A stretch of 64,000 nt of DNA from Heteronotia binoei (taxonomy: Eukaryota): contig NC_083223.1 of the NCBI RefSeq assembly GCF_032191835.1, forward strand, positions 84,072,001 to 84,136,000. The letters run 5' to 3'. Below, piece by piece: positions 11,502-24,639 of the stretch. Position numbers and translations under genes: made by a program. Position 1 is the first letter of the stretch. Each line of letters begins with the position of its first letter. The notes beneath the pieces were generated by a model, which saw nothing but the letters and a program-made list of their open reading frames with translations, ran no database searches and was not told where the DNA came from.

Positions 11502-12094
11502 TGTCACGGCTGGGGCCTGGTCAGGCAAAGTCCAGAGGCAGTCCGAGGTCTGTAGCCAGTAAGCAGGAGGGTCCGAGGCGCCAAATCCGAATCACTGTAG
11601 AAGTATCGCAGGTCTGAGGTCCAGAAGCCGAGGTCAGGGAGTCCAGAAGTCCAAAGCCAAAGTCAGGGAGTCAGGAACCAAAGTCAAGCCGGAGTGGATG
11701 CTAGAATGTCAGGGAGATGACTAGTTGCTTCCACAAAGCTTCCTCCCAAAGCCCACAGCTATATAGCCCTCTGCTGGCTGTTGCCTGTTTGGGCTAATTG
11801 CTGGCTCAGGGAGGCAGCCAGGATCCTGTTACCACTCAAGCATCCTTGCTCTTAGAAGGGCCAGAATCCTCTCAGAACTCAGGGCTCAGGGAGCATCTTG
11901 CTTGTGAGCGTGCCGCCCTCCTCCGATCCCTGAGGTCCTGCCGGAGGCGGTCACGCACACGAGCCACCCGAGAGGGCGAGGCAGGGGGGCTGGGATCTTC
12001 TCCAGCAGGAGGCAGGGGCACTGGTGCAGGTGGCAGGGGCACAGTTTCCTCATCAGACTCAACTTCCTCTGAAGGGTCCCCAGCACCCATGACA
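11502..12094 (-). repeat. 5' LTR of the Gypsy element
   Basis: 593 bp; TATATA at 11765-11760; inferred TSS near 11734; begins TGTC-ATG with a 72-aa ORF (11872-12090). Confidence 0.97.
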
Positions 12095-12156
12095 CTCCAC
12101 CCCTTAGGTATCTTGCGAGTTCATTATCATCCATTGGAGACATACCTCTTGGCTGA

Positions 12157-12594
12157 TGTAACTAGCCTTAGCACAAGTCCAGAAGGCCAGTATGCTGCTT
12201 TCGTGACTCCTGTTGGGCAGTAAAATGTACTGGGTTCAAAGCATAAGGCCACTCAAGGGATAGTGAGTTCAGGTCTTTATTCAGTGATTCAGCATAGTGA
12301 GATAGGAAAAGAATGGTCCTGCTTATATGCATGCAAACCTCCCCACCCAAAAACCCATTACCATCATCCCATTACACACAATTATAGGTTAACAGCTGGC
12401 CTAATGATCCCTGATGGACCTCCTTCCTGAATACCATTACCATAATCACATTTCACACAAGTATAGGTTAATATCTGGCCTAACGATCCCTGATGGGCCT
12501 CCTTCCTGAATCCAGGTGGCTATTGTTTTAGGGACCCCAGCTCAGCCAAGTCTCTGCTGGCCCTAAGGTCAAATTCCAATTCCAATACGTAACA
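12157..12594 (-). mobile_element. Probable solo LTR with an internal ~78-bp tandem duplication
   Basis: TG...CA ends; flanks GGCTGA/GGCAGA (5/6); minus-strand ATATAAG then AATAAAG; duplicated block about 12355-12431 and 12434-12511. Confidence 0.55.
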
Positions 12595-13326
12595 GGCAGA
12601 AAGATGAGATCTAAATATTGTAAATAAATTAATTCAGGGGAGTGTTTTACAGTGTGCTGCCACCTGAGAAAAGCTGTTTCCCTAAAGGCCTTCTGGATGG
12701 GTCTTAAGCCTGGGCTTTTTCTAGAGAGGCTATCAGTTGGACCATTGAGTAAAGTGGGAATGCAGGCAATGTGTTGTTTGTGGCACTGTTGATGATTGTA
12801 GTGATTATATTGATTTAAAATTATACATTTAAAATATTTATATTATTTATTGTATTGTTTTGTTTTGTAAATGGTTTTGGAAACTTTTTAAATTGAAAAG
12901 TGGACAATTTATGAGATCTGGGGATTGGTCCTTAAACGGAAACCTCAACATTAGCTTTTGAATTTAAGTTTGCCAAGTCCAATAGTTGTGCTGGCAGGGG
13001 AGGGATTTCCCAGGAATTGGGAGAAGTGTGTTGCAATGTGCCTATGTAAACCAGAAGTGATATAGGGATGTCAGGGACATGGGGGGGAATGCACTGTTTT
13101 TTGGGCAAAAATCTATGGTAGATTATGTTTCAAATCATAATGGTCAAAACCAGAGCATTATGTTTCAAATCACAAATCAAAACCAGAGCATCACCCCACA
13201 ATGTCCCCGGCATGCCTACGTAACTTTTGGTTTTCATAGGCACATCATGATGATGACCAGGTGTGATGGGTGGGGGGGAGTGCCTAAAACAGGGAAACCC
13301 ATGCTTGTGAATGGTTTCTCACCTTC

Positions 13327-15594
13327 TTGGAAAGGAGTGACAAATGTCACCCCCATCTTTAAAAAAGGGTTCCAGAGGAGATCCGGGAAATTACAGGCCA
13401 GTCAGCCTGACTTCAATACCGGGAAAGTTGGTAGAAAGCATTATCAAGGACAGAATGAGTAGCCACATTGATGAACACAAGTTATTGAGGAATACTCAGC
13501 ATGGGTTCTGTAAGGGAAGATCTTGCCTCACTAACCTGTTACAGTTCTTTGAGGGGGTGAACAAGCATGTGGACAAAGGGGACCCAATAGATGTTGTTTA
13601 CCTTGACTTCCAGAAAGCTTTTGATAAAGTTCCTCATCAAAGGCTCCTTAGTAAGCTCAAGAGTCATGGAGTAAAACGACAAGTCCTCTTGTGGATCAAA
13701 AACTGGCTAATTAATAGGAAGCAGAGAGTGAGTATAAATGGGCAGTCTTCACAGTGGAGGACGATAAGCAGTGGGGTGCCGCAGGGCTCAGTACTGGGTC
13801 CCATGCTCTTTAACTTGTTCATTAATGATCTGGAGTTGGGAGTAAGCAATGAAGTGGCCAAGTTTGCAGATGACACTAAATTGTTTAGGGTGGTGAGAAC
13901 CAGAGAGAATTGTGAGGCACTCCAAAGGGATCTGTTGAAGCTGGGTGAGTGAGCGTCAGCATGGCAGATGAGGTTCAATGTGGCCAAGTGTAAAGTAATG
14001 CACATTGGGGCCAAGAATCCCAGCTACAAATACAAGGTTTTTTTTAATTTAAAAACAAAATTTTATTAATACGCAACATATTGTTACTATACTCTAAAAA
14101 ACCCATAAAAACATTACGTTATAAGAACAATACATTGCACTTTTCATCCCTCCATCTCTCCCCCTTTTCTTGACCCCCACCGGTGTTACTTAAAATTATA
14201 AACAAAAAAAAATACAAGGTAATTTTATCAAATCAAGAATCTTCGTTTTAAAGTTCTGTAACTATAGTTAAAAAAGACAAAGAGAAATATTAAAAAACAA
14301 GGGATAGAAGTAAAGTCTATAAGTCCATCCTTACTTTTTCTCCTTGCATCTTTTATTCTGGAAAGTTATTTTTTTTAAAAAAAATTTTTTAGCCCATTAT
14401 TCCATCACCATTCAGCTGTTATCAAAAATCACAAAATATCCCTTTACCTTCCAGCATTTTTCAACATATTTTTGAAATTTCTCCCATTCTTTTCTACATT
14501 TCTCCATATCATAGTCTTTTAAAATTCTTGTAAGTTTGTCCATGTCACTCCAAGAAATAGTTTTTACAACCCAATCCCATTTTTCTGGTATTTTATCTTG
14601 CTTCCATAACTGCGCATATAATGTCCTTGCTGCTGAAAGCAGATACCACACCAACGTTCTGTCTTGCTTCGGCAAACTTTCCATTTGTAATCCAACAAAA
14701 AAGAGTCTGGAGACCTCTTAATGTCATTCCCTAAGATTTTTACATTTCTTGTTGAATCATTTGCTTAAATTGCTTTGCCTTTTCACATGTTTACCACATA
14801 TGGTAGAAAGCTGATGGGTTGTGAACTGGCAGAGACTGACCAAGAGAGAGATCTTGGGGTCGTGGTAGATAACTCACTGAAAATGTCAAGACAGTGTGCA
14901 ATTGCAATAAAAAAGGCCAACGCCATGCTGGGAATTATTAGGAAGGGAATTGAAAACAAATCAGCCAGTATCATAATGCCCCTGTATAAATCGATGGTGC
15001 GGACTCATTTGGAATACTGTGTACAATTCTGGTCACCGCACCTCAAAAAGGATATTATAGCATTGGAAAAAGTGCAGAAAAGGGCAGCTAGAATGATTAA
15101 AGGTTTGGAACACTTTCCCTATGAAGAAAGGTTAAAACGCTTGGGGCTCTTTAGCTTGGAGAAACATCGACTGCGGGGTGACATGATAGAGGTTTACAAG
15201 ATTATGCATGGGATGGAGAAAATAGAGAAAGAAGTACTTTTCTCCCTTTCTCACAATACAAGAACTCATGGGCATTCAATGAAATTGCTGAGCAGTCAGG
15301 TTAAAATGAATAAAAGGAAGTACTTCTTCACCCAAAGGGTGATTGACATGTGGAATTCACTGCCACAGGAGGTGGTGGCGGCTACAGGCATAGCCAGCTT
15401 TAGATAAAAATATGCAGCAGAGGTCCATCAGTGGCTATTAGCTACAGTATATATATATGTGTATGCGTGTGTATGTGTGTGTGTGTGTGTATATATGTAT
15501 ATATACACACATATATTGGCCACTGTGTGACACAGAGTGTTGGACTGGGTGGGCCATTGGCCTGATCCAACATGGCTTCTCTTATGTTCTTATG
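13327..15594 (+). mobile_element. CR1 LINE (5'-truncated, decayed), interrupted by an L1 fragment
   Basis: RT motifs [37 protein letters not shown]; premature TGA at 13950-13952; ORF resumes near 14811; CR1-type 3' end ttatgttcttatg. Confidence 0.93.
14038..14810 (-). mobile_element. L1-clade LINE 3' fragment inserted antisense into the CR1
   Basis: Minus-strand TFYHMW-TC and LLSAARTLYAQLWK...W L1 ORF2 C-terminal motifs; A-rich tail at the low-coordinate end; CR1 sequence is contiguous across it (tacaag|ctgatgg). Confidence 0.85.
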
Positions 15595-15595
15595 A

Positions 15596-15943
15596 GTGCC
15601 TCAAGGATCTGTCCTGGGACCTGTTTTGTTCAACGTCTTTATAAAGGATTTGGATGAAGGAATAGAGGGAATGCTTATTAAATTTACAGATGGTACTAAA
15701 TTGGGAGAGGTAGCAAATATGGCAGAAGATATATGATGATCTTGACAGACTGGAAAACTGGGCTAAAACAAATAAAATGAATTTTAACAGGGATAAATGT
15801 AAAGTTCTGCAATCAAGTAAGAAAAATCAAATACATCATTATAGGATGGGGAGAGTTGTCTTGGCAGTAGTTTGTGTGAAGAAAATCTAGAGGTCTTAGT
15901 GGACAATATACTGAACATGAGTCAGCAGTGTGATGTGGTAGTA
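15596..15943 (+). mobile_element. Older CR1 RT fragment
   Basis: [37 protein letters not shown]-like translation with frameshifts. Confidence 0.8.
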
Positions 15944-18900
15944 ACTCTACTTGAATTCAAGTAGCAACCCAAGTTGAATTGTGTAACTGTGGATCTTGTG
16001 AATTGTGTAACTAGAGAGGTACTAGTATATGTATGAGATTAGCACATTCTTGGAAACAATTGACATTGCCTGACAAATAAGAATGGTTCTTCAAGATGCA
16101 GGAATTGTTGTCAATATTCAAAATAACAGCAATTTACAATTAAAAAAATTAGATTACAGAAATTGGCAACAATTGGCTATATTTAAAAACAATTAAACTG
16201 TTAGGAATAATTGTAACTATGTATGTTATCTTCCTACATTTTTTTAAAAAAATTGTGAACTGAATGTGTTATTTGCTCTGTGTACTAGTTCTGATTACCT
16301 ATTGTTACATTTTAATAAAAATTTTAAAAAGAAAAAAAAATCTATAAACCAGCAAATTAGCCAACTACATCCACTTAGCAGGCAAACTAATTAGTTAATA
16401 ATAATACCAATAAGACATTAATTGATAATAATGAATACTAATGGTAACTGCTGGGGAAAGTTTCACCTGCAAAATTTTTACTTGTGATGTTGATATCAAA
16501 GGCGCAGAAGTCCTGCCAGAGACTTACCACACTTTTTCTTTGGTCCAGGCAGTTTTAATGAAAACAGACAAAAATAGCATTTTTATATTAAAAGTCAGTT
16601 CTTGTATCAACTAAAGTGTTTCTGATAGTTTGAAATACTTGCATTTTCAGTATGCCTTATTCCGCTTGAACATAACAAGACCATGAAGATGTGTGTCCTG
16701 AAGTAACTTATCAGGTGGAAACGGCAGCTGTGGAATGTAATGTTGTCCTGTACTTTGGGCTCAAGTTACCACATTTTAAAGAATGATAAGAGATAAAGGT
16801 ACACCTGTAGAGAAGTTGAGAAACTGGAAGCACTTAATAACTGCTATTCAAACTGCACATCAATGATAGCAGTCCATATTTTCTGACCAAACACAGTCAT
16901 ATATAAATAAAACCTTTCTTATTACATCCTAGTGAGAGACTTTCCAGTCACTATTAGATCAAAGTAGCCAGCAATGTGCTGGTGAGATTATGAATCTCTG
17001 CATTACCATTCTGCCAAATAAGATATAAATTGTAGGTGGGATCCAAAGGACCACGAGAAGAACTCTGCTTTCAGAACGAATTTTACCGCCTGTTTGTCTT
17101 CAGCAGTTCTGCCCTTCACATTCCACTCAAAAAAACTGCTCTTCAGTGTGGGATATAGCAATGGCTCTGGAAATTACAGATTCCATCCTTCTGTGAGTTG
17201 AGCTATCTCCTGCTCACATGAGCATCTTGGGGGTTAACACTATATTTTAATTAATATTTGGTTATCCAACATGTGAAGGGGAGTTATGCTGATTCTACGT
17301 AAAGGGGAGCAGAGCTGTTGTGCCTTTGACTGCTGTGCAAAAGAGGGTTGTTGAGGTTTTTTTGGCAAGCCCACTTTATTTATGTCTAAAGAGCTATTGA
17401 AGATACAGGAGCCCAAGGGCTGGCCCATAGCCCAAGGAGCACAAATGCCCACTTGTAGGGCTGCAAACCGGCCTGAAGAAAAATGTCATGCCCTTTAATA
17501 GTGGGATAATATGTGGAAATGAGCAGCTGAGGCTTTTCATGGCATGGAAGTAAAGAATATCACCTGGTAAATTATAACCTCCTAAACCTCTGTTCCTTTT
17601 CTTTAATGGTATGGCTTTATTGGCTATAGCCTTAAGTCTAACCACATTAATATAGCTTTTAATCTCCCCTTTCCCTTCTGAGACCATCCTAATTTTAAAA
17701 AAGGGGTTTTTAAACTTTTATTTTATGCTGGATTACTAAAAGAGAAGAGGTCAAGAATTTAGATAAACCTCTATTGAAAGGAATTTCCCCCCTGTTAGGC
17801 CATTGGTGACCTCTGCCTACTACAGGCAGCATGATGGTGGGGGGTGGCACTTTGCCCACATCCCTGTCTTTTGTCTACCCTATCTGTCCCTTGTCATTTG
17901 GCTAGCTGCTATCTTTTTCTCCTTTATTTCTGCCATAACTAGACAGAGATTCAGCTGAGAAAGAACTGTTCAATTCCTAACAATCCGAACTGGGCAGAAC
18001 TTTCCTGAGATAGCTGAGTCCCTCTCCAGTTATAACTATCCAGAGCTCTCTCATTGGGTGAAAATGGGGAGTGGGGCTCTCATCTTGTTGCCAATGTTCT
18101 GATCCAAGGTGCACTCCGGTGGTGCTATCTTGACCTGAGTACATACAGGAGGAGAATCTTCTCTTCCATACCAGCAATCTGCTGCCTTGTATCTCTCCAT
18201 GACACTGTGGGACATGGTGTGCTGGCTTGGGCCAGCCCTTTCTGCTTGCACAGTCATTTGTATGTTATTAGTTGAATAATGGTTGCCATTTTTATTTTTT
18301 TTGGCCAAGGCACCTTTTATAGCTGCATAACTGAAAAATTCCTCTCTAACTGTTGAGGTTTTGCTTGTCACACAATTGTTAAAGGTTCTGGAGCCTTGAC
18401 TGACTAAAAAAAAAGGCCACTCATGTACCAAGGAATAATAATTATTTAAAACTATTTATTCTTATTCCAACTTTTATTTATTTTTCACTTTCCTTCCTAA
18501 TGGAGACTAGGGCATCCCCGCTTGGTAAGGAAAGGAGTGGGATATAAGTTGAATGGGAAACAGGCAGAAAGAAAAAAAAAACATTGTATCCCTTTAACAG
18601 AGAAATAAAGTGTGGAAATGGGCAGCTGAAGCTTTTAATGGCATGGAGGTAAATAACATCACCTGGTAAATAACAGCTCTTTAAGCCTCTGTTAAAGGAA
18701 CAGGACATTCCCCCCCCCCCCCAGGCAATTGGCAATCCTGCCTGCTGTGACGTGCGCAAGGTCACCCAGAAGCCTTTCATGGCTGTCTAAAGATTCAGAC
18801 TTGGTTGTCCCAGGTTCTGGTTGCCCCAACCCTAACTGCTACACCATGATGGTTTTCAGGATTTTACTCCATCTTGAATTGCTGAACAAATGGATAGTTC

Positions 18901-19291
18901 TTAGTTTGAAGCTTTCACAGCTGATGTCATAACCATCTTTAATTAAAAAACTTGGGCTTTAAGTCATTGACAGATGGATAGTTATTGGCTTGGATGGCCC
19001 TGACTAAAACATGTGGATTTACCATTTTCTATGTCAGGCAGCTCTTTCAAATGAAATCCAAATTTGCCTTTCAGAATGGAAATTGATAAGGGTCGTATGG
19101 CAGAGAGGAAATGCTGGGAAAAGGCGTGCTAATAATGCTGTAACATTGAGGCTGCCAGATTTCTTGCTCTTATGCCTATAACAGCTTCCTGAGTTGCAGA
19201 ACTTATGCAGCTGAAACATTTGCTTTGCCTCCCTTCTTAATTTCTGCCTCTCAGGCTGCTGTAAAGACTAGAAGTTACTGTGAAATTATGA

Positions 19292-19632
19292 TTGTTGTTG
19301 TTCAGTCGCACAGTCGAGTCTGATTCTGCGGCCCCACGGACCAAGTCATGCCAGGCCCTCCACCATCCTCCGAAGTCTGCTCAAATTTGTGTTACTTACT
19401 TCAGTTATGCTGTCCAGCCATCTCATCTTTTGCCATCCCCTTCTTCTTTTGCCTTCTGTCTTTCCCAGCATCAGGATCTTCTCCAGTGTGTGCTTCCTTC
19501 TCATTTGGTGGCCAAAGTATTTGAGCTTCCGCATCTGACCTTCCAGGGAACAGTCGGGGTTGATTTCCCTTAGGATTGACTGATTTGATCTTCTTGCAGT
19601 CCAAGGGACTCTCAAGTCTCTTCTCCAGCACC
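19292..19632 (-). mobile_element. BovB (RTE) 3' fragment
   Basis: WCWRRDLRVPWTARRSNQSILREINPDCSLEG...KLKYFGH...GKTEGKRRRG...MRWLDSI; (caa)n tail. Confidence 0.9.
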
Positions 19633-20280
19633 AACTGGAATTTCTGTTTCTATTCAACTTTTGAAGGGAGAAAGCCCAATAATAAAAGATTATAATTTCT
19701 GTTTTCCTCTGATGAATATACCATATGGATCGGCTAGAGATTCTTGATTTGTCCAGGTAAATGTCCATACTGACTGGCAGCAGTTGAGTAAAATATCTGG
19801 TGGGTTCCCCCCCGCCCCAGCCTTTCAATTTGAGATCATCATAAATAGACAGACAGTGGCTTGAACTTGTGATTGGTGCATACAAAATACATACTTTACC
19901 ATAAAGCTATGGTCCATTCCTATAAGCAGCTATGGATGAAGGGTCTTACTTAAAGACACACATTGCATCCATTCTGAGTCCCAAAGCTGAGTTCCTACAT
20001 ATAGTTACTAGTGAGTAAATACCAATTAAATTAATGATCGTTATCTCTGAGTGAGCACAGTTAAGACAGAGTAAGAAATTGTTATACTGTACTACTCTAG
20101 ATCTAGTAAGTGCAAATCTATTCAGGAAATTTAATTCATAGGATTAAAATACAGTTATAATAATTAACTCCATATGCCAAACAAATGAGATTTCTATGTT
20201 TTCATCATGTACATTTTCCATTGTGAGAGCGGTTACACACAATTTTGTTTAGCAGGATCTTGCTTGCATAAACAAAGTTT

Positions 20281-20412
20281 GAGTCCAATGGCAGGTTTAA
20301 GACCAGCAAGCACATGAAAGCTTATACCTTGAATAAAATCTTGTTGGTCTTAAGGGTGCCACTGAACTCAAACTTTGTTCTGCTGCTTCAGTCCAACAGG
20401 GTTACCCAACTG
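20281..20412. mobile_element. Penelope-like terminal fragment
   Basis: gaaagcttataccttgaataaaatcttgttggtcttaagggtgccact motif. Confidence 0.6.
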
Positions 20413-20951
20413 TATCTTGCGTGCATAAAGAAATGCTTATATTGCCATCTAGTGTTTAAATTATTTAAAGACAGAGTACATAAGGAATGACTGCAATATG
20501 CCGTTAGTGGCTTTTACATCTCTCAACAGGATCCCTCCTTATTTCCTGCCTTGCTTTTGCTGGCAACTGGCAGCTTTTTTGCTTGTTCTTCCAGTAATTA
20601 TTTTTATTTTGCTAATCTATTTCCACTTTTTTAGCTACTATCCTGCTAATTTGTTCAATGAAAATGAAATAGAATAAATAGAAACAAAGAAATGAAAAAA
20701 AAAATTCTTGTACATTTCCCTCATTTTCCCTTCCATCCTTACCAGAAATCCGAGCTTAATTTTGTTCCTTTATATTGAGCAAATCTAGCTGCATCCTGGA
20801 AAGCTCTCTCTTTTCTGCCCCATAAACCTTTCGGAACCAATCCCCCCTTCCTCCTTGCTATCTCTTCTATACCACACTTCTTCCAAGGGGATCAGAACAG
20901 CATATATGATTCTCCTTTCCTCATATTTATTCTACAGCTATGAGGTAGCTG

Positions 20952-20994
<43 letters not shown>

Positions 20995-21295
20995 CTTTTA
21001 CCTAAGGCCAGTGAGCTTCATAGTTGAGTATGGATTTGACCCTGGGATGATCTGGTTTAGTCTGCCACTGTAACAGATATACCATGCTGCTTCCCTCATC
21101 TGTCCCCATGGGAAAGGACTACATAAAGTACAGTCCCTCTTTCTGCCATTTTTCTCCACTATGCTTGCACATTAATGCTCACAGTGCGTTGTTTAGAATG
21201 GGAGGTTGATGAGAATCTCCAGAGAAGCTATGAACTTTCCCTGTGATCTAAAAATATAGATGGTAGATAGTAGGTAACATAGGTGATGTGAAAGA

Positions 21296-21773
21296 TAGGG
21301 ATGGACATGAACCAGAACAAATGTGATTGTATTGATTTATGGCCAAGCCACAAACTGAATCAAACTGGGAGGTTTGTTTGCAAACCGAACCAATTCATGG
21401 TTCCTGGCCTTGCCAGCCCTGTTGAAAAGGACCACAGTCCCTTTAAATGGGGTTTGCAAAAAGCCTGAAAAACATTAAACTTTGAAAGGATTGCACAAGA
21501 AAGCCCCAGGCAGCTGAGTGGCAGGGAGCACTCTGCTCCCCACCCCTCTGCTAATTTTGTGGCTTTCACAGGGAACCAAGAGTTTAGAGGGACTTGGAGT
21601 CCTTTTAAACCCCCCGCATTCTGCTCTGTCCACAAACTGCCATGAATCACCACAAACTGCTTTAAAAGTTTGTGGAATTTCATGACAGTAGACCCATCAC
21701 AAACTTTGGTTTGTGAACCATGAATAGGGCACAATTCTTGATGGATTTTGCATCATGGTTCAGTTTGTCCCTA
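21296..21773. mobile_element. MITE with TAGGGA...TGAACC termini
   Basis: Imperfect TIRs tagggatggacatgaacc / ggttcagtttgtcccta. Confidence 0.5.
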
Positions 21774-22319
21774 GTGAAAGACCTCTGCCTGAAACTCTGT
21801 AGAGCTGCTGCCTGTTTGAGTAGAAAATACTGACCTTGATTGGCCAATGGTCTGATTTAGTGTAAGGCAGCTTCATGTGTTCCCCTGGTTCCTGGCCCAT
21901 AAGTTACCCAGTCTTTCTGAACTGTGTAATGAGTTTTTATATACCTATTTGTCACATTCACACTTCATATTTTTAGATATTTTTAGAGTGTACACCCAAC
22001 CAACCCAATCTCAGTGTACACCCAACCAACAGAATATGTGAAGCAGCCTATAGAGTCTGCAATGAAATTTAGCAATTCATTGCGAACAATGAGTTTGAAG
22101 CCACCTGAAACAGTGTCCCTGGCAGTTTTCAGAACTGGCTTTAGTTTTTCAGCTATTGACCAAGTTGCTGGTCAGACCATGGCCCAAAAGGTGCACAAGA
22201 TCCTCCAAGAATGGTGGGGTAGGAATGGATAAGAATAGAGGGTGAAGCTGGGATATACAAGCAATACTCTTGTGTGCTCTTTATAATTTTCTGCTCTTTA
22301 TTGATCTGGGCTAGACATG

Positions 22320-22598
22320 AGAAGAAGAACATGACGATACTGGATTTATATCCCGCTCTCCACTTCAAATCTCAGAGTCTCTGAGCAGTCACGATCTCCT
22401 TTAACTTCCTCCCCGACAGCAGACACACTGTGAGGTGGGTTGGGCTGAGAGAGCTCTCCCAAAAGCTGCCCTTTCAAGGAAAACTCTGCAATAGCTATAG
22501 CTGACCCAAGGCCATTCCAGCAGCTGCAAGTGGGGAAACAAACCCAGTTCTCCCAGATAAGAGTCTGCACACTTAAACACTACACCAAACTGGCTCTC
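22320..22598 (-). mobile_element. tRNA-derived SINE
   Basis: Reverse complement begins gagagccagtttggtgtagtgtttaag; (ctt)n tail. Confidence 0.8.
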
Positions 22599-24639
22599 AA
22601 ATATCTATCTGTCTGCCTGTCTATCTATCTCACTGAAAATGCAGGGTGCAATTTGTTTAAAAAAGTGTTCTTTTCTATCACAGAAACTACTGAATTAAAT
22701 AATAATAAAATGGAGCATTCTGTTTAAAGAAACTGGCAAATACTGACAACCTGTTAGCCTTCTAAAATAGTACAATTGCCAATAATGTGTTTAAAAATGT
22801 GTCTGTTTTCTCTCAAGTTGAACATTTCATATGATTGCACTGGTGAATTCTTTGCCATTTAAAAGAGCAGTACTTCAAGCAGCTTTGCATCTGCACTGTG
22901 GCACCATTCAGCATGGCAGGTGCTGGATAGTCACTGCTGCTGCATGCTCCCAATTTATTGCCAGGCTTGCCTATAGGAAGATCACCAAGGGAAGGCCATA
23001 CATCATTTAAGACAAGCTACATTTTAAATGCAGGTGCTGTTTTTGTGCCTGTGCTGTCCATGGTAGTAACCAATTGGTGGCAGTTACTGTGTTGCTATAT
23101 GCTCTGAACTTACTGGAATGCACTTCAGTTCCCAGGCTGCAGTGCAAGAATCCAGAAAGTATTTGTGATATAATTTAGAACACTTGATCACCATAAAACT
23201 GCTTAGCTTCAGGGGTCATGAAGGGAAAATGGTCCAGACAGAAGGGAGAAGCAGCAGGAAACTTGAAAATACATGTGTAAAACTTTTGTGATACAGTTTG
23301 AACATCTGAAAAATGATTCATTGCTTCCCTCCAGTCTGTAGTCTTATGGGGACTTTGATGGTGAAATTTGCAAATGAAGGGCATATGTGCTTCTCAAGTC
23401 CAGTGAGCTAGTATGATGCTATGTGGTGATACTGTTGATTTTTTTTCACAATTGTAATACAGAATGGTAACTCAAGTTGGTATGTTTTCTGATAGTTTTT
23501 CACATTTGTATATTTGGAAAAAGAATGCTTCTTTCCTGGTATTCTGTTGTGATGTACTCTAACTTTTGGATAGCCTGTGGTACTAACATTTTTGAATAAG
23601 CTGTTGAAAAACACTTTACCATGGCAAGGTCTTTGTTTAAAAGGTCTTTTAAAAACAAACATATATTGCCCCGAACACTGGTTGTTGCGGTGTTTTTGAC
23701 AACTCTATTCCTTTTATCCAAGCCAGTGTTTTAGATTGTCTGAGTCCACTCAAGGGCTTTGTGTGGGCAGGAACAAAGAGAAGGGAAGTTGTTGTCCTTG
23801 CAGGTCTTACACAGAGAAAGAGACAGACTTACTGAACTATGCTGCTGTCTCCTTATTCTGCTGCCTAGCATTAAGTTGCTTGTATAGTGCTTTTAACAGA
23901 TCAGTCCCTGAAAAGTCCATTGTTGCAGATGGGGGTTACAGTTTTTTGCAAGGTATCAGCATGCAGTTTAGGCTCAATTAACTCCTAGAAAGGGAGCACA
24001 TGGTGCTTGAGGTGTGCCAAATAAGCAGCATGGAATGTCTAGCTAAGCAGCACTGTTCGCATGCATGACGCCTTTGCTTCCTGCAGGGCCAGATGTAGCT
24101 AGTATTTTGCCATTTCTTTCTTCAAACAGCAGTGCTCAGGGGGAGATAAACTTTACTTAACCTAATTAATTTTAATCACAGCTTTCTAATCTCACACTGT
24201 GTAAAGAACTACAAATTGGAATGCATTAATAGAGGCTATGTCTTGCGTGGCAAGATCACTCTGAATTGTGCATTTACATTTTCTACATGAGTTTGCAATG
24301 ATCATTAGAATAAAAAAGCACTTATGTCCCTTCTAAATTACGGAAAATTTGAAGAAACAGATTGGGACTGGTCCCATTTGTTGCACTAAATGACTTGAAA
24401 ATAGCTTACATTTCAAAGAACTGAATGACTCTCATTGAACAGCCCACTCTGGAAAATGATTTCCAGTTGTCTAGAGTTAATGTGCTCCTAGGCATTCTTG
24501 TTGTTTAAACAATTTTTAACACTGATTGCACCCTCAAGGTTTTCTGCCTGCTATATTGCAGAATCCCTGCAATAATAATGACAATACTTAAGCATTTATA
24601 TAGCATTTTAGAGTATTCAAAGTACTTGGGAGTTGGGAA

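Larger units (their letters stand above)
6578..12094 (-). mobile_element. Full-length Ty3/Gypsy chromovirus LTR retrotransposon (Tf1/sushi, PEG10-related group)
   Basis: Two 593-bp LTRs (TGTCA...TGACA) with 3 differences seen; 5-bp TSD CTCCA (6573-6577, 12095-12099); intact gag and pol; PPT next to the 3' LTR. Confidence 0.98.

Noticed and set aside
7221-11562. Antisense and alternate-frame ORFs over gag/pol (e.g. 7562-8182, 10511-11104, 8459-9076)
   Set aside because: Expected shadow ORFs of GC-rich coding sequence; no motifs and no evidence of an env or accessory gene.
17483-18700. Similar ~110-bp segments near 17485 and 18585 as a segmental duplication
   Set aside because: Only about 75% alike and associated with MITE termini; two old copies of a dispersed repeat.
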